Positions 8,871 to 17,839 of a stretch of 35,211 bases of DNA are shown piece by piece. Each line of letters opens with the position of its first letter. Within the stretch, counting starts at the first letter, position 1. Origin of the DNA: a virus. Lineage: Duplodnaviria > Caudoviricetes. The stretch is from IMG/VR virus record IMGVR_UViG_3300024996_000147, positions 1-35,211 of that record; one strand, 5' to 3'. The notes under the pieces were generated by a model, which did not search any database, was not told where the DNA came from, and saw only the letters and a program-made list of their open reading frames with translations. Made by a program: the position numbers and the translations under genes.

Positions 8871-8942
8871 ATGATGGCTCCGGGGCGTGCTGGGCTTGAC
8901 AGCGCAATGCGTGACCCCGAAGCTATTCCGACCTCCTCCCCT

Positions 8943-8968
8943 CAAAAGAGGGTGACGCGCGTCACCCC
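8943..8968 (-). promoter_or_regulatory. Putative late promoter element 1 (sheath operon), 18-bp palindrome
   Basis: GGGTGACGCGCGTCACCC at 8950-8967; 26 bp identical to 20831-20856; -10-like TAGCTT at 8925-8920. Confidence 0.75.
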
Positions 8969-8990
8969 GGCCAATAGGCCGCGTTGCCGG

Positions 8991-9296
8991 TCAGGTGGCG
9001 GGCCAGGCAAGCTCCGGCAACTCGCTCAGAAACGCCGCGACGCTGGGCTGCTCGCGCTCGCCGGCCAGTACCTTATCAAGCTCGGCATAGGCGTGTGCCC
9101 ACACCGCATCGCGCCACGCGACATAGGCTTGCGCCTCTGCCGCCCAGACCGGATTGGTGCTGGCGACATAAGTCGAGATCGACGTGGCGTTGTCGTAGCG
9201 GCGCTCCTGCGCTTTGGCATCGAGCATGGCGACGATCGCGGCCTGGTAGTCCGCGACAGTCGGCGGCGGCGCGGGGCGGATGGTGATGATGCTCAT
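8991..9296 (-). CDS. Tail fibre assembly-like protein
   Basis: LDAKAQERRYDNATSISTY..S.NP.WAAEAQAYVAWRDAVW motif, typical of small genes after fibre genes. Confidence 0.7.
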   Translation of the reverse strand: MSIITIRPAPPPTVADYQAAIVAMLDAKAQERRYDNATSISTYVASTNPVWAAEAQAYVAWRDAVWAHAYAELDKVLAGEREQPSVAAFLSELPELAWPAT

Positions 9297-9817
9297 GGTG
9301 CGGGGGCCTCCGGCTCGGGTTCTGGATCAGGCTCGGGCTCCGGCTCCGGCTGTGCGGCCAGCAGCGCCACGGCCAGGTTCTGCCCGGCCACCTGGACTGC
9401 TGCCGGGATGGTGACGCCAAAGGCTTGCCGATCGGCTTCGCTCGGATCGGTCGCCGGCAGGGTATCGAGCGCAGCGAGCGCATCCTGGATGGCGGCCGCA
9501 AACGCGGCATAGGCGTCAGCAACCGCTTGCGATGCCTCGGGCGGCGGCTGGTTGACCGGGAGCAGCGCGGCATATTGCGCTGCGCGCTGCTCGATAAACC
9601 ACGCCCAGGCGCCGATGCCATGCCCGTCCGGCGCCGAGAAATCAGCGGTCCAGAGTTCAGGCGACGAGCCATCGGCCGGAATATCGACGGTCGTGATGAA
9701 GCGGTACGGCAGTCCGGCAGGCACGTCTTTGCGGGCAACCTCGGCGATCGAGAGGCTCCCGGTGGGCACCACGATGTTAATTCCGCCGGTGCCGTTCGGG
9801 TAGATGATGTAGTTCAA
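9293..9817 (-). CDS. Fibre-associated hypothetical protein with C-terminal (PE)n tract
   Basis: TTG start overlapping the fibre stop with a GGAGGA SD; IAEVARKDVPAGLPYRFI...WTADFSAPDG.G motif. Confidence 0.7.
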   Translation of the reverse strand: MNYIIYPNGTGGINIVVPTGSLSIAEVARKDVPAGLPYRFITTVDIPADGSSPELWTADFSAPDGHGIGAWAWFIEQRAAQYAALLPVNQPPPEASQAVADAYAAFAAAIQDALAALDTLPATDPSEADRQAFGVTIPAAVQVAGQNLAVALLAAQPEPEPEPDPEPEPEAPAP

Positions 9818-11055
9818 GCGGTCCTCCCCATGACAACCAAGCGGACTTTTCCAGCGTCCATCCCGGTAGTCGTCCCGCCCTGGACGAACACGGTGCACCC
9901 GGTGGATGTCTCATCGGATTGATTGTGGAACACCGGGATGCCTCCCGCAGACGGGTCTCCCGCTGACCCAACGACAACATAGTTGGTGTTTGCCATCGGG
10001 CTCTCGAAGTTGATGGCGTATTTCCCCATCCCAGTCCGCGTGATGCTGGTCAGTCCATGTGCGTCTCGGATCAAGATTGCAGACGAAACCCAGCCGAAAT
10101 TCGCCCACGCAACGGGCAAGGAAGGGTCGTTCGGCTGCACAGCGCTGTCGGCCTTGGCGAGCGAGGCGAGCGAGGCGGCCGACAGCTCTAGACTGCGGTC
10201 CGCAGATAGGTCTCCGCCTCCTACCAGACCAGAGCCAGCGGTAATCGATCGGATGAGCCGGGCGTAACGAGCGTCCTGCTCGGTCTGGCTGATCTGGAGC
10301 TTGTACCAAGGATACCATGCCCCGCCCAGCTGATGTCGCCGCCAAGTCTGCGTGTTGGCCGCCTGCGCAGATGTGAAGTCGTGAACCGTCTGAGTGCAGT
10401 ACCCGGCCGCGCCATGGTTCTCGACATTACCGAGGAACCACTTCCCGGCCTCCGGGGAGTTGATGGCAAGGGAGGCCATGTACCAGCCATTAGCCGTCGC
10501 AAGGTTCCAGTCCGCGGTTTGCGCGGCCTGTAGGCCGAGACGGCCGGGGAGCCGATTATCGGTTACCGGGCCGGTAAAGCGCGGATCATCACCCGCCGCG
10601 ACCGTGCCGGCGGCGGAGCCTATGTCGCGTTCGGCGGCATTACCCAGCAAGGCGATCGACAGCGCTGCTGCCTGCACGGCTGCGTGCAACTCAACAATAG
10701 CCGCTTGCACATTATTGGCCGTCACCCCGGCGATCGTCGCCAGTGCCACGGCCGAGGCGGGGATTTGGTTGGTGGTGAGCTGGTCGTAGGCCTCCTGCAG
10801 CGCATTAAACTGCGCCTGCATCGACGCGATGGTCGCATCGAGTGCCTCAAGCTTAGGCGTCAGGTTGAGTTGGATCGCTTCCAGCGCCGTGCCGGTTCCG
10901 GCATCGATCAGCGCCTGGAAGTCGGCCCGGATCGCCTCGGCCGCGTTGAGCCGCGCGGCGATGCTGGAGAGCACCGCCCCCAGCACCGCGACAGAGATCG
11001 GCGTGTCGCCATAGACCTTATAGTCGTTAGCGGCGGTCGGCAGAGGCGATGGCAT
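9814..11055 (-). CDS. Tail fibre / receptor-binding protein (coiled coil, knob-like domain, C-terminal tip)
   Basis: N-terminal coiled coil, GTVAAGDDPR, DWNLATANGWY...W.PW knob-like motif, AWANF...SITRTG.GKY.INF tip. The 3' half is visibly less GC-rich. Confidence 0.8.
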   Translation of the reverse strand: MPSPLPTAANDYKVYGDTPISVAVLGAVLSSIAARLNAAEAIRADFQALIDAGTGTALEAIQLNLTPKLEALDATIASMQAQFNALQEAYDQLTTNQIPASAVALATIAGVTANNVQAAIVELHAAVQAAALSIALLGNAAERDIGSAAGTVAAGDDPRFTGPVTDNRLPGRLGLQAAQTADWNLATANGWYMASLAINSPEAGKWFLGNVENHGAAGYCTQTVHDFTSAQAANTQTWRRHQLGGAWYPWYKLQISQTEQDARYARLIRSITAGSGLVGGGDLSADRSLELSAASLASLAKADSAVQPNDPSLPVAWANFGWVSSAILIRDAHGLTSITRTGMGKYAINFESPMANTNYVVVGSAGDPSAGGIPVFHNQSDETSTGCTVFVQGGTTTGMDAGKVRLVVMGRTA

Positions 11056-11233
11056 CGTGGCCCTCCTGCTCGACGATACGGATCAGCATGGCGCCGCGCA
11101 TCTCGTGATCGAGGCGCGGCAGGTAAGTCATCGGGCCGCGCTTGACGACGCGGGTGAGGCGGACATCGTAGGTCGCGTCCGCATCATAGGCCGGGGTGGC
11201 GGAGGCGGCCGGCGCCGCTGGTTTCTTGGCCAT
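11027..11233 (-). CDS. Small hypothetical tail-region protein
   Basis: 68 aa, starts 4 nt after the upstream stop, phage-like codon usage. Confidence 0.65.
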   Translation of the reverse strand: MAKKPAAPAASATPAYDADATYDVRLTRVVKRGPMTYLPRLDHEMRGAMLIRIVEQEGHDAIASADRR

Positions 11234-11237
11234 ATCG

Positions 11238-13541
11238 TCAGATCCCGATCATCATGGTGTTTTGCACAAATGGCGTGCTGACGACGCTCGACGTGGTCAG
11301 TTTCGGCGCGGCCGAGGCCTCGGTGACCGGCGCGGCAAGCTCGAACATCGAGGTGATCTTGCGCCGGCTCGGCTTGTCGATATCGACCTCGACGGTGGTG
11401 CTGTCGGCCTCGACAAACGCACCAGCGACCCACAGCCGGTTGACGGCGGTGTGGAGAGCCGCATCAAAGGCATCGACCACCGTCACCAGCATGATGCTGG
11501 AGGTCGAGAAACCAAACGCCTGCGGCTTGGACATCGCCTGCATGACGGATTGCGGGCGCATGGTGGCGGCGCGCGCCGTGCTGTCGAGCCGGAGCGCCGG
11601 AGCGAGGTCCGTGGTGCCGACAAAGGTAGCGCGAAGCTGCGCCAGCGCCGGCAGGCCGGCAAAGCCGGTGGCATCGCCCATCTGGATCGGTATCCAGTCG
11701 CCATCGACCGGCTTGACTTCCCAGATCAGCGAGGTGCCGGCCGGCGCCCATCCGGCATAGAGCAACTGGATTTGCGTCATGCCGTCCGGGCAGCCGAGCG
11801 GTTGGAAAGCGATCTGTGTGCGGGTGCTCGCGAATTTTGCGACGTTGAGCCGAAAAGCAAAATCGTTGACCGGATCGCCCTGCGCCCAGGCGCCATCGGT
11901 TGCCCAGAACAGGGACCCTTGCGCAAACTTGTTATTGGCGACCGTCACCAGCGCATGGTTGCCGACCGTCACCGTGTACCAGGCGTAGCGCCGGCCGGCA
12001 TCGAGCAAGGTCGGGGTAAACGCAAAGCGGTTCCAGCCGACCACCAGGTCGGCGGCCGCGATCTCGGACACGGCGAGCACGCTCGAAAAGTCCGGCGCGC
12101 CGGTCTCGTCGCACGAGCACAACATCAAGTGGACGGCGCCATCCGAGCCGACGCGGGAAAAATTCAGCTCGATCGATGTGACGATGCAGGGCTGGGCATT
12201 GAGCAGGGTCTGGCCATAGATCGAGCCGTTAACCCCGACCTCCTTGGTGATATAATCCCAATAGGTCTCCGACCAGGCCTCGTACTGCACTTGCCGGATC
12301 GAATAAAAGCGGTGGCCGGCGTACCACGGGGACGCATTGTAAGCCGAGGCATCCATGCCGCCGACCCAGGCGATGGTGCCGTCCTTTTGCAGCCCGTCGA
12401 GGATGTATTCCTTGCCGTTGACCGAAAACGTCTCGCCGGGATGGAGCGTCTTCAGAAACGCCCATTCGCGGGCATTTTCGCAGTAATTCTGCGTCGGGCC
12501 GTAGATGATGCTGGTGCCGCTCAGCGTCTTTTGCACCGCCGTGATCTCTGTATGGACCTGCTGCGAGATATCACGCGTGCCATCGGCGCCCTCGACGGCG
12601 ATGCGGGCGACCTCGGTGTATTTGGGCAGGGCGAGCGTATCGACGATCTTGAGCAGAGGGTCGGCCGGCGTCAGCAGGGCAAGCTGGCTATCGACGATTT
12701 GTGCCCAGGGCATGCGCAGCCCCTCGGCGACGCGGGCGAGCCAGGCGGCATGCGCCGTATCCCAATCATCCTTGAGCAGGCCGGGATCGTACCAATAGGC
12801 GCGCGCCTCGTCGGGCAGGTCGAGCTGCTTGCGCACGGCCGCGGCATCGCGCTGCAACTGGATCATCAGTTCGGGGCGCGGGATATCGCCCAGGCGCCCC
12901 TGTATGTTGGCGACGGTGGTCTCAAGCACGGCGGTGCGCTGGCGCATCGCGTCCATGTCGGCCTCAAGCTGGATGACGCGGCCGGTCAACTCGTAGAGGG
13001 TGACCATGCGCCAGGCGAGGCCGGGCTCGATGGTCTCGATGCCGGTCGAGGACAGCAAGACAAAGGCGATGCAGCACTCGGCCGCCGGCACGACAGGCTT
13101 GATCGGCGTCGGCGAGCCCACGCCATCCTGCACGACGATGGTCAGACCCTGCACCTGGCGCTTGGGCAGCATCTGCGCCGAGGTCTCGCCGGTATCGGCA
13201 TCGGTCTCGACGAGCCGGCTCTCCTGCCTGGTCTCGGTGGTGCCGCGCAGCAGCAGGGCCACCCATTTGGTATCGCCGAGCACGAGCGAAAGGTTGGCCA
13301 TCAGGTTGACAAGGATCGGCGTGGTGGAGCTGTACAGCACGTCGCCGGCAAACAACTCGCCCGGCTGGACATTGAGCGTGGACGCCGAGGGCTGGGTGAT
13401 GGTGACGCGCGCCCACTGGCTCGGCGCGCCGATGGCGCCGCCGACAACCGAGGCGATATCGTCTCTGGCAGCCTCGCCGATCGCGGTAAAATCGCCCGGC
13501 TCGGTAACCTCGGCCTCGTTAAACAGGAGTTGCTCGGACAC
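11238..13541 (-). CDS. Large baseplate/tail-associated structural protein
   Basis: 767 aa, GTG start with an AG-rich SD, lies between the gpI-like gene and the fibre; beta-rich composition. Confidence 0.75.
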   Translation of the reverse strand: MSEQLLFNEAEVTEPGDFTAIGEAARDDIASVVGGAIGAPSQWARVTITQPSASTLNVQPGELFAGDVLYSSTTPILVNLMANLSLVLGDTKWVALLLRGTTETRQESRLVETDADTGETSAQMLPKRQVQGLTIVVQDGVGSPTPIKPVVPAAECCIAFVLLSSTGIETIEPGLAWRMVTLYELTGRVIQLEADMDAMRQRTAVLETTVANIQGRLGDIPRPELMIQLQRDAAAVRKQLDLPDEARAYWYDPGLLKDDWDTAHAAWLARVAEGLRMPWAQIVDSQLALLTPADPLLKIVDTLALPKYTEVARIAVEGADGTRDISQQVHTEITAVQKTLSGTSIIYGPTQNYCENAREWAFLKTLHPGETFSVNGKEYILDGLQKDGTIAWVGGMDASAYNASPWYAGHRFYSIRQVQYEAWSETYWDYITKEVGVNGSIYGQTLLNAQPCIVTSIELNFSRVGSDGAVHLMLCSCDETGAPDFSSVLAVSEIAAADLVVGWNRFAFTPTLLDAGRRYAWYTVTVGNHALVTVANNKFAQGSLFWATDGAWAQGDPVNDFAFRLNVAKFASTRTQIAFQPLGCPDGMTQIQLLYAGWAPAGTSLIWEVKPVDGDWIPIQMGDATGFAGLPALAQLRATFVGTTDLAPALRLDSTARAATMRPQSVMQAMSKPQAFGFSTSSIMLVTVVDAFDAALHTAVNRLWVAGAFVEADSTTVEVDIDKPSRRKITSMFELAAPVTEASAAPKLTTSSVVSTPFVQNTMMIGI

Positions 13542-13556
13542 TGGATCAGCCCTCTC

Positions 13557-14192
13557 TCAAAGCTTGCTGCGGGCAATAAAACTGTCGAGCCGATAACCGG
13601 CATCGAGGCAGGGCGCGTCGGACAGGCGCAGCCGGCGGTAGACGCCGAAATCCACGCGCACCTCGGTCTCGGGCGCCTTGGCGACGCGGATCGCGGCGAG
13701 GCAGCGATCAAACGGCTCACGCGATGGCGTCTTGAGGCGGGCGCGGCCGAGCACGCCACGGCTGAGCACCAGAGCGCGCGGCGGCGTGCTGGTCTCGACC
13801 TTGACGAGGTAACGCGCCAGGAACGGCGGGTGGTTGATCGGCGTGCGGCCAATGACGGCACGGCCAAGGACAAAGCGGGTCGGATAGGCGACGGCATCGA
13901 CCAGCGTGCCATCGACATAGGCGAGGTAGCGGATGCTGCCGGCGCGGGTGCCGATATAGTGCGCATCGAGCGGCGCGTTGGTGACGACCAGGCGCTTGCG
14001 CGCCTCGCTCCAGTCGCCAAACCAAAGGTTGACGCTCTCATGCGCCGCGAGCCAGGGCAGCCAGGCGGCCGGCGTCGCGGCCGGATCGACAATGGTCCGG
14101 ATCGGCACCGGCAATCCGCCGTCATCCATGGCGGCGACGAGGGCACGCTCGAGGGTTTCTGAGGTGTCGGCGAGGGCGTCGACGAGGCTCAT
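13557..14192 (-). CDS. Tail protein I (P2 gpI-like)
   Basis: DPAATPAAWLPWLA...V.LW..DWSEARKR...GT. Confidence 0.88.
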   Translation of the reverse strand: MSLVDALADTSETLERALVAAMDDGGLPVPIRTIVDPAATPAAWLPWLAAHESVNLWFGDWSEARKRLVVTNAPLDAHYIGTRAGSIRYLAYVDGTLVDAVAYPTRFVLGRAVIGRTPINHPPFLARYLVKVETSTPPRALVLSRGVLGRARLKTPSREPFDRCLAAIRVAKAPETEVRVDFGVYRRLRLSDAPCLDAGYRLDSFIARSKL

Positions 14193-15109
14193 GACGCGGC
14201 TCCCGTAGCGATCGTCACGGTGTCCAGCACCGGGATGGCATAAGGGTCGGCCGCGAGGTCACCGGCCGGCAACTGCCGCACCACGCGCACGACGCCGGCG
14301 ACATAGGCCGGGCCCACGATGGCATCGACCGGCACCTCGCCGCCGATCGCCAGGCGCAGCTTGCCGGCGGCGGCGATCGCCGCCTCGGCTGCGGCCTTGA
14401 TCAGGCCGGCATCAGGCCCCGGCGGAATGAGCAGCGTCATCGCGGCGGCGTAGGTGTGGCGCACGGCGCGCAGCACGGTGAGCGAGACCGCCTCGGGCTT
14501 GACGCCGGATGCGGTCACGGCGGCGCGCACCGCCGCGAGCTGCTCGTCCGTCGCATCGGCGCCGCCGGCGCCGGCGATGACGATATCGGTATCACCGCGC
14601 CGGCCATGCACCGCGCGGCCGATCACCGCCACGTCCTGCAGCGTCGGCACCGCCGTATAGGCCTCGTACATGTAGCGGTCGGCCGAGCCGGCCGAGGGCC
14701 GCTCGAAAGCCAGCAGGTAGCGGCGCAGCAGTTGCTGGTCGCTCTCCATGATGGCTGCCGTCGTCTCGGTCGCCGGCACCAGCACCAGGCGCTGCACGCC
14801 GAGCCGCGCCACGACATTGTCGAGATCGGTGCCCGAGGCGAGCGGCGCCAGCACGGCACGCACCGCGTCATTGACACGCGCTCGATCGAGCAGGCGCTGG
14901 GCGCACCAGGCGCGCGCGGCGATGATGGCCGGATCGGTCTCGAGCCCCTCGACCGTATAGAGCGGCAGGTCCGGGCGCGTGGCGCGCAGCTCGTCCCAGG
15001 CCGCGACAAAACGGCTTTTGAAATCGCCTTTAAGCGCCTCGGGGGACAGCGGCTCGATCGCCGCCGGCGGCGGCAATTGCGACAAGTCGAACGGCAGCAG
15101 CGCGCTCAT
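14189..15109 (-). CDS. Baseplate J/gp47-family protein
   Basis: DLSQLPPPAAIE, RARVNDAVRAVL...ASGTDLDN, ESDQQL.RR, SAGS...Y. Confidence 0.92.
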   Translation of the reverse strand: MSALLPFDLSQLPPPAAIEPLSPEALKGDFKSRFVAAWDELRATRPDLPLYTVEGLETDPAIIAARAWCAQRLLDRARVNDAVRAVLAPLASGTDLDNVVARLGVQRLVLVPATETTAAIMESDQQLLRRYLLAFERPSAGSADRYMYEAYTAVPTLQDVAVIGRAVHGRRGDTDIVIAGAGGADATDEQLAAVRAAVTASGVKPEAVSLTVLRAVRHTYAAAMTLLIPPGPDAGLIKAAAEAAIAAAGKLRLAIGGEVPVDAIVGPAYVAGVVRVVRQLPAGDLAADPYAIPVLDTVTIATGAAS

Positions 15110-15498
15110 GCCGCCACCTCGCGGTAGCCGTTATCGTTGCCGCCGAGCACGACGCTGCGCTCCTCGCTGACCGAGTAATCGCCGACATGACCCTCGGGAT
15201 AAAAGATGCCGGCGATCTCAAACGCAAACACGCCATCGGCGCCGTAGCGCGTCAGGCGGATGGTCTGCAGCCGGAAAGCCGGCTCCCAGCGCCGGATGGC
15301 GGCGGCCACGCTGATATAGACCTGCATGATGCGCATCGGCGTCGCCGCGAGATCCTGCAGGTCGAGGGCGGCCGAGCCAAAATCGCGCAGCATGATGCAG
15401 GAGCCGACACGCGTCGTCAGGATGACGGCGAGCGACTGGACGCAATGCGCCCATCCGGTCAGCACCCTGCCTGTCCGCCTGTCGAGCCCGACGCGCAT
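15106..15498 (-). CDS. Baseplate wedge W (GPW/gp25 family)
   Basis: GLDRRTG..L.G..H..QS...ILTT..GS..M.RDFGS, AI.RWEP. Confidence 0.92.
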   Translation of the reverse strand: MRVGLDRRTGRVLTGWAHCVQSLAVILTTRVGSCIMLRDFGSAALDLQDLAATPMRIMQVYISVAAAIRRWEPAFRLQTIRLTRYGADGVFAFEIAGIFYPEGHVGDYSVSEERSVVLGGNDNGYREVAA

Positions 15499-15503
15499 CG
15501 TCG

Positions 15504-15752
15504 CTACTCGGCCTTGGCGGGCTTGGCGACGGGGAGCTTGGCCGGCTTGGCCGCCTGCTCGGCGACGATCGAGCCGGAGAGCAACTCGTATTTGGCCTCG
15601 AGCTCAGTCAGTTCGAGCACATGGCCGACCTTGGGGCGCAGTTGCTCCGCGCCATCCCCCTCAGCCGGGATCTTGACGGCCGGGATCTTGCGGCCGGCGA
15701 CGTGGTAGCCAGCCTTTTCCGTGGTGAGATAGCGCCTCTTTGTCTCGCTCAT
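15504..15752 (-). CDS. Hypothetical protein between baseplate V and W
   Basis: 82 aa, AGGAG SD, in operon. Confidence 0.7.
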   Translation of the reverse strand: MSETKRRYLTTEKAGYHVAGRKIPAVKIPAEGDGAEQLRPKVGHVLELTELEAKYELLSGSIVAEQAAKPAKLPVAKPAKAE

Positions 15753-15764
15753 GATGGGCTCCTG

Positions 15765-16310
15765 TCAGGGTTGCGGGATGCTGGTGTTGGCGCCGCCTGG
15801 CGTCACACCGCCATGCACGTGGCTGGCGCCGATGTTGAGGTCATCGTGGCGCACGGTGCCGCCGGTGATGGTGATGCCGCCGGCGGCGATGACCATCTTG
15901 ACGCCGGCGACGGCGAGCGCGATCGCGCCGTCCTTGATCGACAGCGTGGCGTTGCCGATGGCGATGATCTCGCCATCCTGCTCGGCCGTGCCGGGCGAGG
16001 GATGCTGTTCGACCGGGCCGGCCGGCATCACGCGCGAGTGCTCGCCGAGCTCGCCGCCAGGCGAGAGCACCAGCACCGGCTCGCCATCGCCGATGCGCCG
16101 GAAGCGCGACACGCCACCGCCGGCCTTGCCCGAGGCTTCGGCGTGCGGCAGCAAGGGCGAGGAAAACGGCTTGCCGTCCTGGGCGTCATCGTCGAAGCGC
16201 ACCTTGGTCTTGGCGCCCTGGCTCGTCTCGGCCGTGCCGGTCATGATCATGGTGGCGACGCGGCGCTCAAGTGCTGCCAGTCGCTTGCGGACAGCGCGCT
16301 CGCCGTTCAT
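15765..16310 (-). CDS. Baseplate assembly protein V (spike)
   Basis: GEPVLVLSPGGE, C-terminal HVHGGVTPG metal-binding tip. Confidence 0.88.
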   Translation of the reverse strand: MNGERAVRKRLAALERRVATMIMTGTAETSQGAKTKVRFDDDAQDGKPFSSPLLPHAEASGKAGGGVSRFRRIGDGEPVLVLSPGGELGEHSRVMPAGPVEQHPSPGTAEQDGEIIAIGNATLSIKDGAIALAVAGVKMVIAAGGITITGGTVRHDDLNIGASHVHGGVTPGGANTSIPQP

Positions 16311-16909
16311 GGCGCATCCTCGGGCGGCAGGTTGCCGACCAGGCGCGGCTCGGGATCGCCGCCATTGATCGAGAGGCCGCTCGGCACGGCCGAGGGCTCC
16401 AGCCCGGTCTCCAGCCCGCGCTGGATAACCGGCCGCGCCGGCGCGACATTGAGCAGGCGCCACTTGTACTCTTGCAGGCCGATTGCCAGTCCCTTGCCGC
16501 TGGTCTGATCGGAGACGGCGACGAGCTGGTTGCCGATCTCGGCCGCCATCACCTGGGTGAGCCCGACGTAAGGGTCGGCCATCATCACGCCGAGCACGGC
16601 GGAGAGGCGCTCGAGGCAACCGAGGTCGGCCGAGGAGAATTTGGGGTCGGGCTGACCGATGCGGCCGGCGATGACGATGATCGCCACCGAGACATCCATG
16701 TCGATGCCGGCATCGGCACGCACGATCGGCTTGGCCGCCAGAAAGCACACGCGCGCGGACGGCGCCCTGGTGCTGTCTTTGACCAGGTCGCCGAGGTCGT
16801 AGCGGTCGAGTTCGACGCGCGCCTCAGTAAATAGCGGCGCATCGGCCTCATCCTTGGCGGCGCGCAGCGCGCCGGCGATGGCGTTGAGCAGCGTGACGAT
16901 CCGGCTCAC
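16307..16909 (-). CDS. Putative tail terminator / neck protein
   Basis: 200 aa; position between tail completion and spike genes. Function is inferred from synteny only. Confidence 0.6.
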   Translation of the reverse strand: MSRIVTLLNAIAGALRAAKDEADAPLFTEARVELDRYDLGDLVKDSTRAPSARVCFLAAKPIVRADAGIDMDVSVAIIVIAGRIGQPDPKFSSADLGCLERLSAVLGVMMADPYVGLTQVMAAEIGNQLVAVSDQTSGKGLAIGLQEYKWRLLNVAPARPVIQRGLETGLEPSAVPSGLSINGGDPEPRLVGNLPPEDAP

Positions 16910-17388
16910 CCGAACAGCCTCCGCAGATAGGCGCCGGTCGCCTGCAGCAGCTCGGCGCGGTTGTCGGCCGAGATGCCGATATATGGCCTCGCCGGCATGG
17001 TGACGCTTTGGGTGCGGATCAGGCGGCCGCCGAGACGAAACACCAGTGCAGGCGCCGTCTTGGGCTTGATCACGCCGCCGAATTGATGGATCGCCGCATA
17101 GACCAGGCCGGAACCGACGACGGCGGAGGTGCCCTGCACGAGATAGTCGATCGAGCGCGCCAGCGCACCGGAGCGGTGCAGGACCGGTGTGCGGCCCTCA
17201 ATATTGGGCGCCCAGGCGGCGCCATCCGGGGCTGGGCCGCCGGCGGTCAGCCGGTCAACCGTCTGCTCGCGGATCAGCCGGGCGAGTGCCTCGAGCAGGG
17301 TTGCGCCCTGGTCGCTCGACAGGCGCGACAGGCCGGTCTCGAATTGCGCAAAGCCGGTGAGCTCTGCCTTGATCGCGATGCCGGCCAT
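16906..17388 (-). CDS. Virion morphogenesis / tail completion protein (Mu gpG / P2 S-like)
   Basis: PDGAAWAP, L..SG.L..SI, VGS...YAAIHQFGG, MPARPYIG. Confidence 0.92.
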   Translation of the reverse strand: MAGIAIKAELTGFAQFETGLSRLSSDQGATLLEALARLIREQTVDRLTAGGPAPDGAAWAPNIEGRTPVLHRSGALARSIDYLVQGTSAVVGSGLVYAAIHQFGGVIKPKTAPALVFRLGGRLIRTQSVTMPARPYIGISADNRAELLQATGAYLRRLFG

Positions 17389-17819
17389 TACCACTCACCC
17401 TTGAGGCGGCGCGGCTGGGCTTCGAAATACGCCCCGCCCTCGGCGGCGACGCTGCCGCCGGTGCCATCAAGCCCGCCGGCCGGAAACGCCTCGAGCTCGG
17501 CGATATCGGCCTTGCCGGCCGCCACGTCGCGCAGGAACTCCTGACGCATCTTGGCGCGCTTTTCGATCTCCTCTGACATGCGGTCGGCGGCCGGTGCCAG
17601 ATGCCAGCACGCCAGATCGATGGCGCATTGCCGCACGATCTGTGGCACGAGCGGCAGCGGCACGCGGTAGCGCTTGCGCAGGTAAGGATCGATCATCGCC
17701 TGGGCGTCGTCGATCGCACGCGACACGGCGAGGTCGATATCGACATCGCTCGGCACCAGCGTCGCCAGGAAATTGGCGCCGCGCAGCTGCTCGATGTCCT
17801 GACGTGTGGCGTAGACCAC
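17388..17819 (-). CDS. Mu gp36 / DUF1320 head-tail adaptor
   Basis: YAT..DI, AI.DA..MID.YL..RY.VPL..VP, L.DVA.GK. GTG start at 17819 with an AGGAG SD. Confidence 0.9.
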   Translation of the reverse strand: MVYATRQDIEQLRGANFLATLVPSDVDIDLAVSRAIDDAQAMIDPYLRKRYRVPLPLVPQIVRQCAIDLACWHLAPAADRMSEEIEKRAKMRQEFLRDVAAGKADIAELEAFPAGGLDGTGGSVAAEGGAYFEAQPRRLKGEW

Positions 17820-17839
17820 GGCGGCGCTCCTGGATTGAT

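Noticed and set aside
9305-9350. Short tandem repeat encoding PEPEPEPDPEPEPE
   Set aside because: Ordinary low-complexity protein tail with degenerate codons; not a phase-variation tract.
8991-13541. Diversity-generating retroelement or invertible tail-fibre cassette
   Set aside because: No reverse transcriptase, template/variable repeat pair, invertase or flanking inverted repeats were seen.
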